A DNA stretch of 62,251 nucleotides, counting the filler. It is 9 parts of 9 records of this genome, joined end to end, with 100 filler letters (N's around TTAATTAATTAA, not from the genome) between each part and the next. Parts side by side here need not be neighbours in the genome. Positions count along the whole stretch, not along the records: positions 49,868 to 55,503 come from DRR723986_32007; positions 55,604 to 62,251 come from DRR723986_32029; 7 more parts are not named here. One strand, written 5' to 3'. Position numbers and translations under genes: made by a program. Shown here one piece after another: positions 50,650-59,500 of the stretch (the first letter of the stretch is position 1; every line of letters begins with the position of its first letter). The notes under the pieces are model-generated. The model was given only the letters and a program-made list of their open reading frames with translations, searched no databases and was not told the DNA's origin.

Positions 50650-51644
50650 CCTAATTCAATGGTTAACTTCACTTCAAAGTAAGTCGCATGCTGATCCAAG
50701 GTCAACTCATGCTTTCCAGGATAGATCAGATTCAATCTCTTTCTCACATTAGAAAGCCCCACTCCACTTTCTTCCTCTGCTGTCTTTCGGGCATCTATCA
50801 CATCATTTCTACTGTAGAAATGTAACCTATCATCTGCGTCAATAGTCAGTTTGATATCAATCGTACCATCAATTGTATTTCCATGTTTAAAGGCATTTTC
50901 CAGAAAAACAAGAAATATCAGATGGGCAATCCTGTGCCGATCTTTCACTCCTTCATACGTGAAAAATATCTTGGGCTTCTCATCCAATTTCAATCGCCAC
51001 AGCTCAATAAAATTCTCCATAAAGGTGATTTCCCTGGAAAGGGATACAAACTTTCCCTGATCTTCATAGAGCATATGCCGCATCATTTCGGAGAGTTTCA
51101 TGATCGCCGGAGCGGTATTATTCTCTTTGAAATATGCCATGGAATAAATGTTATTTAAGGTATTAAAGAGAAAATGTGGGCTGAGCTGTAGCTTCAGAAA
51201 CTTCAGTTCGGAGGCCAATTGACTATTGCGAAGTTCAATTTCGTTTCGCTGTGCTTTGATCAGATTGGCAAAGAACCAGACAACCGTCGTGACCAAATAG
51301 AAACCAATGGCCGGAACTGATCTGATGAAATAAGTATAAGCTACAGATTGATGTGACATGCCAAGAATATTGACCCTCAGAAGCACAATGACAATCACCA
51401 AAGCAAGTGAAGCGATAACGTAGGAAAGATGCTTGCCTTTGGCATACAGCCTGGGCAGGAGCAAATAGTAATTCAGATACGTGATGGCGGAGGAAGTAAG
51501 CACATCAGAAATGACGATTTTCCAGATTTCCAACGGAGAATCAATCCAGCTGCTCAGCGAGGCAAATAATATAGCTCCATAGCAAAACCAGAATAGTACA
51601 TGCAGTGCATAGAATGCCGGACGCGATATGACAGTATTCTTCAT
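50646..51644 (-). CDS. LytS-family membrane histidine kinase
   Basis: Four TM segments; ELKFLKLQLSPHFLFNTLNNIY; ENAFKHG; SGVGLSNV. Confidence 0.95.
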   Translation of the reverse strand: MKNTVISRPAFYALHVLFWFCYGAILFASLSSWIDSPLEIWKIVISDVLTSSAITYLNYYLLLPRLYAKGKHLSYVIASLALVIVIVLLRVNILGMSHQSVAYTYFIRSVPAIGFYLVTTVVWFFANLIKAQRNEIELRNSQLASELKFLKLQLSPHFLFNTLNNIYSMAYFKENNTAPAIMKLSEMMRHMLYEDQGKFVSLSREITFMENFIELWRLKLDEKPKIFFTYEGVKDRHRIAHLIFLVFLENAFKHGNTIDGTIDIKLTIDADDRLHFYSRNDVIDARKTAEEESGVGLSNVRKRLNLIYPGKHELTLDQHATYFEVKLTIELG

Positions 51645-51735
51645 TTTCGAAATTTAGAATTTTAAATAACACCAAATCTCAGCGATCATCCAACTGACTG
51701 TTGCGCTCTACAGAAAACAGGTTTTCTCCAACAAG

Positions 51736-51797
51736 TGGAAATAGATCACTACTATATATATGTAAATTGGAAATAGATAGTACTATTTTATGTATAT
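51736..51797. repeat. Imperfect ~32-bp tandem duplication in the divergent promoter region
   Basis: TGGAAATAGAT at 51736 and 51768, each followed by ..TACTAT..TATGTA. Confidence 0.7.
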
Positions 51798-51862
51798 CTA
51801 CTTTTCTACAAGTAAATAGGGAAAAGCAATCTAGGATATGTTAAAATTTATAATTGAGGCCG

Positions 51863-51890
51863 CTTCGGTCTTCGGTCACCGGTCTTCCGA
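51863..51890. repeat. Degenerate heptamer tandem repeat
   Basis: CTTCGGT CTTCGGT CACCGGT CTTCCGA. Confidence 0.6.
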
Positions 51891-52109
51891 CCAGATAAGC
51901 TAAGAATTTAAGGTGAATGGCATCTTTAGGGATAGACATGCTAACTGATTTTTCATTCGTAGATCAAATCAGTTGACTGGGTGAGAGAACCTTGCTGTCT
52001 ATTGATTTCCCCCAAACCCTAGGATTTTTTTTCGTCTATTAGTACTGATGAATTGGGTTAATCCTATTTACAACCAATTGAAAACTAGCACTTCAAAAAC
52101 AAAATAACC

Positions 52110-52559
52110 ATGAAAAAACTTCTCTTCATTTTTACCCTCCTATTATTCAGCGTTTCCTTCACTTTTGCCCAATCTTCCACGGAGCAGGAAATCGAAAAGC
52201 TTTCCATGGACAAATGGCAATGGATGGCAGATAAGGACGTAGCCAAACTGGAAAAGTTATTCGATGACAAAGCAAAGTTTGTTCACATGAGTGGAAGCTG
52301 GAAAAAAGACAGGGAACTGGAAATCATCGAATCCGGAAGCATTTGGTACAAGAAGGCGGATGTACACGATACGGCGATTGAGATCTCTGGAAACACTGCG
52401 TTGGTTTGGAATAGAATCACCTTGACTGCTCACGTGAGAGGAAATGATGTGGAAAATGAATTTACCGTGACAGAAGTATATCAAAAGCAGGGCGAAGAAT
52501 GGAAAATGCTCGCGCTGACCTTCAGTAGTGTGCGTGATACACATGAGATAGAACATTAA
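52110..52559 (+). CDS. Secreted NTF2-like (DUF4440) protein
   Basis: Signal peptide; KWQWMADKD, FVHMSG, FTVTEVY...WK. Confidence 0.8.
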   Translation: MKKLLFIFTLLLFSVSFTFAQSSTEQEIEKLSMDKWQWMADKDVAKLEKLFDDKAKFVHMSGSWKKDRELEIIESGSIWYKKADVHDTAIEISGNTALVWNRITLTAHVRGNDVENEFTVTEVYQKQGEEWKMLALTFSSVRDTHEIEH

Positions 52560-52577
52560 TCCTAAAACCAGGCAACC

Positions 52578-53024
52578 ATGAAAAAGACAATCCTAGGAGT
52601 ATTAATTCTTCTTTTTGCAATCCAGTTCACCTACGCGCAGGAGGAGGCTACCAAACAGGAAATCATTGAGCTCTCCAAGACCAAGTGGCAATGGATGGCA
52701 GATAAGGATGCTGATAAACTTGCGGAGCTATTTGATGACAAATCGGTTTTCGTACACATGGGCGGTGCCTGGGGCAAAGACCGGGAAGTTGACATCATTC
52801 GGAGCGGTGGTATCTGGTATAAAAAAACCGATGTCCACGAGGTATCTGTAGAAATCATCGACAATACCGCCATCCTACTTAATAGAATCACACTGATCGC
52901 CGAAGTCGGTGGCAATGAAGTCACCAATCCATTTGAAGTCACGGAAGTATACATTAAAAAGGCTGAGGGATGGAAACTCGGCTCGCTCTCATTTACCAAA
53001 CTAATGGGGCCTGGCGACCGATAA
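52578..53024 (+). CDS. Secreted NTF2-like (DUF4440) protein, tandem paralog
   Basis: Same motifs as the upstream gene (KWQWMADKD, LFDDK, IWYKK.DVH). Confidence 0.8.
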   Translation: MKKTILGVLILLFAIQFTYAQEEATKQEIIELSKTKWQWMADKDADKLAELFDDKSVFVHMGGAWGKDREVDIIRSGGIWYKKTDVHEVSVEIIDNTAILLNRITLIAEVGGNEVTNPFEVTEVYIKKAEGWKLGSLSFTKLMGPGDR

Positions 53025-53036
53025 ACTCCTCGTCCA

Positions 53037-53639
53037 ATGAAAAATTTCCTCCTGTTCATCTTCCTCTTCAGCTCGCTGAGCTGCAGCAGTCAAACACAGC
53101 CTGAAGTGCAGCTGAGTGAGGTAGCATCGGAAAAAATTCTAATTGTTTACCTCTCACGCACCAAAAACACCAAAGCTGTGGCGGAAATGATTTACGAAAA
53201 GGTAGGTGGAAGATTGGTTAGTCTGGAATTGGAAACTCCCTATCCGGAAGATTATGCAGCAATAGTCGCACAGGTAGCTCAGGAAAATGAAACTGGGATT
53301 CTGCCTCCCTTAAAGACTAAAATTAATCTTACTCAGTATGAAGTGGTCTTTTTAGGTTTTCCTACATGGGGAATGCAACTGCCACCACCTATGAAAACCT
53401 TCCTAAGTGAAAATGACCTGAGTGGAAAGACTGTCATTCCATTTAATACCAATGCAGGTTATGGACTAGGAAGCAGCTTTGATAAAGTCGAAGAGCTCTG
53501 CCCTGATATTAAGATTCTGGAAGGTTATACTACAAAAGGAGGAATAGAGCGGGATGGTATCCTGTTCGTCATGGAGGGTACCAAAGAAGTGGAAGTGAAA
53601 AAAGAAGTCAATGACTGGCTGAGCAGCTTGGGTTTTTAA
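53037..53639 (+). CDS. Flavodoxin-like exported protein/lipoprotein
   Basis: IVYLSRTKNTKAVA, GFPTWG, IPFNTNAGYGLG. Confidence 0.85.
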   Translation: MKNFLLFIFLFSSLSCSSQTQPEVQLSEVASEKILIVYLSRTKNTKAVAEMIYEKVGGRLVSLELETPYPEDYAAIVAQVAQENETGILPPLKTKINLTQYEVVFLGFPTWGMQLPPPMKTFLSENDLSGKTVIPFNTNAGYGLGSSFDKVEELCPDIKILEGYTTKGGIERDGILFVMEGTKEVEVKKEVNDWLSSLGF

Positions 53640-53685
53640 AACCTCAATATGAAGACAGAAAAAATTAACCAGAACTAAAAACAAG

Positions 53686-54105
53686 ATGATTCGGACAGCA
53701 AGTAAACCACCAATAAGAATAAAAACTGATATGTCAGGAAATACTGCCGCAAACAGGATCAGCGCAGATTTTATGAAACTGTTGGAAAGTCAATTTCCTA
53801 TAGCAGACCTGCGAAATACAATTAAACTAAGATCAGCTTCGGACTTTGCCCAAAAGCTCAATATCCATGTTAATCATCTTAACAGGAGTGTCAAATCGAT
53901 TTTCCATAAGGCAACATCGGTGATTATCAGGGAAAGAATTCTGGCAGAATCCAAGCGTCTTCTAAAGCAAAGCGACTGGAATGTATCAGAAATAGCCTAT
54001 GCCTTGGGTTTTACAGAAGTGACACATTTCAACAACTTCTTTAAAAAGGAAATGGACATGAATCCTTCACAATTTCGCAGATCGAAGATTGAAAATATAG
54101 ATTGA
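53686..54105 (+). CDS. AraC-type HTH protein (DNA-binding domain only)
   Basis: FAQKLNIHVNHLNR, EIAYALGFTEVTHFNNFFKK...PSQFR. Confidence 0.85.
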   Translation: MIRTASKPPIRIKTDMSGNTAANRISADFMKLLESQFPIADLRNTIKLRSASDFAQKLNIHVNHLNRSVKSIFHKATSVIIRERILAESKRLLKQSDWNVSEIAYALGFTEVTHFNNFFKKEMDMNPSQFRRSKIENID

Positions 54106-54117
54106 TTGGGTTACAAG

Positions 54118-54151
54118 AGAAAGTCCAGGTCCATGTGGGTCTGGACTTTCT
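54118..54151 (+). terminator. Hairpin after araC-like gene
   Basis: AGAAAGTCCAG...CTGGACTTTCT 11-bp inverted repeat. Confidence 0.7.
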
Positions 54152-54152
54152 G

Positions 54153-54272
54153 CCTTCTGGGCTCGGCGAACCTGCCTACCCTCCTGTCTTTGCAGCTTTG
54201 GCAAATGCCTTATATAGAGGAAGTGGAAAAAGGTTCTATGATCAGCCTTTTATTAATCAGTTAAACAGCTAG
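54153..54272 (+). pseudogene. Orphan 3' remnant of an IorB-like molybdopterin-binding subunit gene
   Basis: Translates PSGLGEPAYPPVFAALANALYRGSGKRFYDQPFINQLNS*, the conserved GxGEP..PP..ALANA....GKR C-terminus; rest of gene absent. Confidence 0.8.
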
Positions 54273-54386
54273 AAAAATTTAGATCCTTTTTAAATAACTC
54301 AAATCAGTGGCAGAATATGTCTTTCGTTTGAATATCGTAAGCATCACTCCTTGTAAATAATTAATTTAGAGATAAATACAACACTT

Positions 54387-54845
54387 ATGGCACAGTACAA
54401 CTTAACTATCAATGGTAAATCTCTCAACGTAGACGTAGATCCTAGCACTCCTATGCTTTGGGTTTTGAGAGATCATCTGGATCTGGTCGGTACCAAATTT
54501 GGCTGTGGCATCGCACAATGCGGAGCCTGTACAATTCATCTGGATGGCAATGCAGTGAGATCTTGCCAATTGCCAGTTTCGGCAGCAGAAAATGCTGAAA
54601 TAACTACCATAGAAGGTATCTCCGAAAAAGGTGATCATCCTGTACAGAAAGCCTGGCTGGAGCATGATGTTCCTCAATGTGGCTACTGCCAAGCAGGTCA
54701 AATTATGTCAGCCACTGCACTTTTGAAAAGTAATCCCAGTCCTAGTGATGAGGACATCGATAATGCGATGAACGGTAATATTTGCCGTTGTGGAACCTAC
54801 ACTAGAATCAAAGCAGCGATCAAAACTGCCGCTAAATCAGCTTAA
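54387..54845 (+). CDS. iorA: (2Fe-2S) subunit of isoquinoline/aldehyde oxidoreductase
   Basis: [34 protein letters not shown]. Confidence 0.92.
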   Translation: MAQYNLTINGKSLNVDVDPSTPMLWVLRDHLDLVGTKFGCGIAQCGACTIHLDGNAVRSCQLPVSAAENAEITTIEGISEKGDHPVQKAWLEHDVPQCGYCQAGQIMSATALLKSNPSPSDEDIDNAMNGNICRCGTYTRIKAAIKTAAKSA

Positions 54846-54856
54846 ATCCCGAGATC

Positions 54857-55503
54857 ATGACATTACTAGATAAAAAGTTAAATAGAAGATCCTTTCTGAA
54901 AGTCTCCACACTGGCTGGAGGCGGAATGATGCTAAGCTTTAGTTGGCTGGCAGGATGTAAGCCCACTCCCGAGCAGGTTCTGACCATGCCTAAAGAATGG
55001 TTTGAAATCAACAGCTACATTAAAATCGGTGAAAATGGGGCAGTTACGCTTTTCAATCCAAATCCTGAATTTGGTTCAAATGTAAAGACTTCCCTTCCTA
55101 TGCTACTAGCAGAAGAACTGGATGTGGATTGGAAAAATGTATTTGTAGAGCAGGCAGATTTTTATCCTAAGCGATTTGAACGTCAGTTTACAGGTGGTAG
55201 CCAGGGAATCCGTTCTGGTTGGACTCCTTTGCGTACAGCAGGCGCGACAGCGCGTCAACTGATAGTGAATGCAGCAGCCCAAACCTGGAATGTGCCTGCA
55301 GGAGAAATCACCACCAATGCTGGAATGGTAGAACATACAGGCTCAGGCAAAAAAGCTGGGTACGGTGAGTTGGCTTCTTTGGCAGGAACCTTAGAAGCTC
55401 CAGATCCTGAGACAGTCAAATTGAAGGATATTTCTGACTTCAAAATCATTGGTAATTCTAAAAAGAATGTGGATGGATCCAAAATCGTAACAGGCAAACC
55501 TAT
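54857..55503 (+). CDS. iorB: Molybdopterin-binding subunit (IorB-like), N-terminal part
   Basis: Tat-like NRRSFLK; MLLAEELDVDW; TGGS; LRTAGATAR; YGELA. Confidence 0.9.
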
Positions 55504-55603
55504 NNNNNNNNNNNNNNNNNNNNNNNNNNNNNNNNNNNNNNNNNNNNTTAATTAATTAANNNNNNNNNNNNNNNNNNNNNNNNNNNNNNNNNNNNNNNNN
55601 NNN
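55504..55603. other. Artificial contig spacer
   Basis: N-run + TTAATTAATTAA + N-run. Confidence 0.98.
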
Positions 55604-56045
55604 CAAGGCTTTGCATATCTCGCAAAAAAACGAGCTATTGTTAACGATTAAACAATCGATCAATGAAGCACGCGAAGCCGGCGGCGAATCTGCCGAACAT
55701 GCTCTACGCGCTGTGATCCGCAGTATTGACAATCACCTGGCGGACGATTATACCTGGCAGGCGTTTGAGGAAGGTTTTATCCTGCTCTACCCGACCTTTA
55801 TGGAGACGCTGGGACGACTCTTTCCTAAACTAACTGTAAATGAGATCCGAATTTGTGCACTGATGCGACTGAATTTGGCTTCCAAGGATATCTGCCGCAT
55901 TGTAGGAATTGCGCAACGCAGCATTGAGAGTTACCGCTACCGCATTCGCAAAAAGATCAATCTCAAACGCGGGACAGACCTGAAGACATTTTTGTTGAAT
56001 GTTGAAGATGAAACACAATTGATGACAAGTCCGGCAAACAATTAA
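55604..56045 (+). CDS. C-terminus of a LuxR-type HTH regulator (FCB-group style)
   Basis: QKNELL, W..FE..F...YP.F...L...FP.LT.NE.RICALMRLN...K.I...RYRIRKK. Confidence 0.85.
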
Positions 56046-56550
56046 GCATACTGATTGGCATTTGCAGTGCTCCAGCGCGACAAGACTTTCCTCTTCCACA
56101 ACTGTTTTATTGGCTAATACACCGACCAGACATTTGCAAAAATGGCGTTACCTCTGCAGCTAAACCCGCTCCAGTCCTGGCTTCAGGCACATGCAGTATA
56201 TTTGCAGTAGGTGGACCGACTCTGCTGCTTGAGTATCTTCGCATATCTGATTTGAAACGGATTGCACAATGTGATTGCGGATTCATGTTGTGGTACTGGA
56301 ACACAAACCTCTACTACAATTCTATCAACAAATTGACGCTGCCCTATCCGGGCACTGCTCGCTGAATCTGATAAACAAATCGGATTCATAAGGTTCCAAA
56401 ACTCCACAGTTTAACAGGCATATCAACCTCCACGATCATTCTGCATGATCGTAAGGAGAGCTATGTCCAAACCACATCGCTGCGGTAATAGAACAGCCGA
56501 CATCACATACGCAAGAAGACGCTCATTTTCATCAATCTTGGGAATGTATC

Positions 56551-59500
56551 ATGTACTCCAGAACGACAGTTTCACATGCGGCAACGCTGATGCAGCGCTT
56601 CAAAAAAGCACTGCGTCAGATGGCACGCCTGCAGAAGCATAGTGATTGCAGTGGCGAAGGGCGCCGACGAATGCTATTGCTTAACAAACGGATTGAGAAA
56701 TTAACACGAACACTCAACCCATTTGGGCGGACAACAACACGTGCCAGGCTTGCTACGATCGCCGCGGCGACGCTGAGTGTGGCGTCATTGAGTACAACTG
56801 ATGCTCAGGCCTTTAGTTTTGTTAAAATCCAGGATGTGCGTCCGGCTACAAATGCAACATCTGCAGTGCGCAGTGCAGATGTAGAGATTGACTTCAGCAT
56901 CCTGATGAATGCGGCGACTCTAACTTCCGGCAACATTCGCGTGTATGGATCGCAGACGGGATTAATCAGTAATGGTGGTGTTTTTAGCGGCAACCCGGCG
57001 CTAACGTTTAACCCAACGAACGACTTTCAGCCTGGAGAGATAATTTCGGTTTCGGTTACCGACGGTGTGCAGGGCGACGGTGGCGAAGCGCTGGACGCGC
57101 CCCTGGTGTACAGCTTTACAGCTGCCGTAGATGGCGGCACGGCGCAGCTTAGCGATGAAGGCGAAATATCGGCTGGTTTTTGGACAAAGCATCTGGCAAT
57201 TGGCGACCTGAACGGTGACGGCCATCTGGACCTCCTGCAGGCATGTGACGATGACGGCAGCGACGTAGCGCTTAAGGTACAGCTAAGTGACGGCAATGGT
57301 TCGTTTACCGTAAATCAGTCTTTTGACATCCGGTCTAATCAGCCCGTTTTGGGAGATTTAGACGGTGACGGCGATCTGGATGCCTTTCTACCCGTCAGTA
57401 GTCTCTCGCACGTTCCCACACTGCTGTTAAACAATGGTGACGGTAGTTTTACAAGTCAGTCATTTGGCAGTCAGGCATCATATGATGCAGCCATAGGTGA
57501 TTTGGATGGCGACGGCGACCTGGACATCATCAGTGGTACGAGCCAGGCTGCGACGACCATTTGGGAGAATAACGGCGACGCCACCTTCAGCAGCTCAACC
57601 TTCAACTTTGGAGCGGCGCTGATTAACACGCTTGCAATGGGTGACCTGGACGGTGACGGCGACCTGGATGTGATCCTGCCCTCGTCCAACCTGGCGGCCG
57701 GTAGCCGTGTTTTGTTAAACAATGGCAACATGAATTTCAGCACCAGCAGCTTTGGCAGTAAGTTCGTGACTTTCATGGATCTTGGGGATCTGGACGGTGA
57801 CGGTGATCTGGACATAATCAACGGCCACCGCACACAGCTTTCTGAGTTCTGGCGCAATGACGGCAATGGAGTTTTCAGCAGTGCCTATATGCCACTGAAC
57901 GCTACCAGAGATATCGAATTTGGCGATCTGGACGGCGATGGCGACCTGGACGTATTTCTTGCGGGTGCCTATGAGCAGCCCGACCGCATCATGTTAAACA
58001 ACGGTGATGGCAACTTCACAACATCTGAAGTCGGTGCCAGTAATCTGGACCACTATAATGCTGTGATGGGTGACATTGACCAGGATGGCGATTTAGATGT
58101 GCTGACTGCCCACTACTCGCCAGGTGCCGGAATAGACCTTTGGCTGAACGCTTCTCCCGGTCGATTTATCCCCGCCAAAAATTCAGTTGCGGCTGCCTGT
58201 GATGCAAACATCGAGATTAGTTTCCCCCAGAGTATGGACACGTCAACGCTTACGAGCGCAACAGTCCTAAACAATGCCAACCTGATCGTCCACGGTTCAC
58301 AAAGTGGACATATCACAACTCAGGCCAGTATCTCTTACCACGATGATGACACAAGAGTTGTCATTGATCCGGCGGCCAAGTTTAAGCCAGGCGAAAAAAT
58401 CTCGGTGACTGTGACGGGAGCCATGCCAGATGGCGGCACAACTGCCACCAGCGCGATTGTGTATAGCTTTTTGGCTCAAACACAGGTGGGTGAAGGAACG
58501 CTAAATCTGCTAAACCCACAGATAAACCGCTATGCTTCAGCAATTCAAACCGGTGACATCGATGGCGATGGTGATTTGGATGTTGTCATCGTTGAGCGAT
58601 ATTCAAGTGTTGTTGTACTTAAAAACAACGGCAATGCCGGCCTAACTGAATTCTTCACCATCGCAATGACGGCGCAGGGCATGGAGCTGGGCGATCTGGA
58701 TGGTGACGGCGACCTGGACATTGCTCTCAACAGTAGCCCCGACAGTGCTGAGTTTTTGTTTAACAATGGCGACGGCACATTTGTATCTTCATCGATGAGT
58801 GCCGATTCCGGCGATAAGGGTATTGCACTTGGCGACCTGGACGGCGACGGCGATCTGGACATCGTGACGGTAGATGACGACTCCAACAGCACGAGTGCGA
58901 TCCTATTTAACAATGGCGACGGTAGTTTTACTGTACAGACTATGGGCACGGGCGTCAGTGCGCGCGACGTCGCCATAGGTGACCTGGACGGCGATTGTGA
59001 TCTGGATATTATTATCGCGGACCGGACTCCCGGCAACAGCAATTCGGTTTGGTTTAACAATGGCGATGGCACGTTCGAGAAAACCACCTTTGGTCACGGC
59101 GGATATTGGGACGTCATCACGGGCGACCTTGACAATGATGGTGACCTGGACGCGGTCTTAACCGGGCAGTATATCTTGGGCCGCGTCCCAATCAACAATG
59201 CTATGTGGCTTAATAATGGCGACGGTACATTTGAGTCGACTCCAATCGGTCGCACAATAGACCAGCGTGGCGTGGAACTTGGTGACATAGAAGGCGATGG
59301 TGATCTGGACATTCTGATTACGCGCTTCGGCAGGTTTGGAGCACAGGATGCTTCGCTGCAGTTACTGGTTAATAATGGCGACGCAACATTTGACGCGCAA
59401 AGCGTCGGCTCCACGAATGGAGACCGTAAATCCATCGCCCTGGGTGACCTTGATGGCGATGGTGACCTTGAAGTGCTGACAAGTAGTTTTAACACAAAAT

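Noticed and set aside
5960-55603. Recurring TTAATTAATTAA motif as a biological repeat or CRISPR
   Set aside because: Always centred in 100-nt N-spacers; an assembly concatenation linker
56463-56642. ORF with AAGGAG SD overlapping the start of the 1849-aa gene, as a regulatory uORF
   Set aside because: No recognisable features or other support; chance SD-like match cannot be excluded
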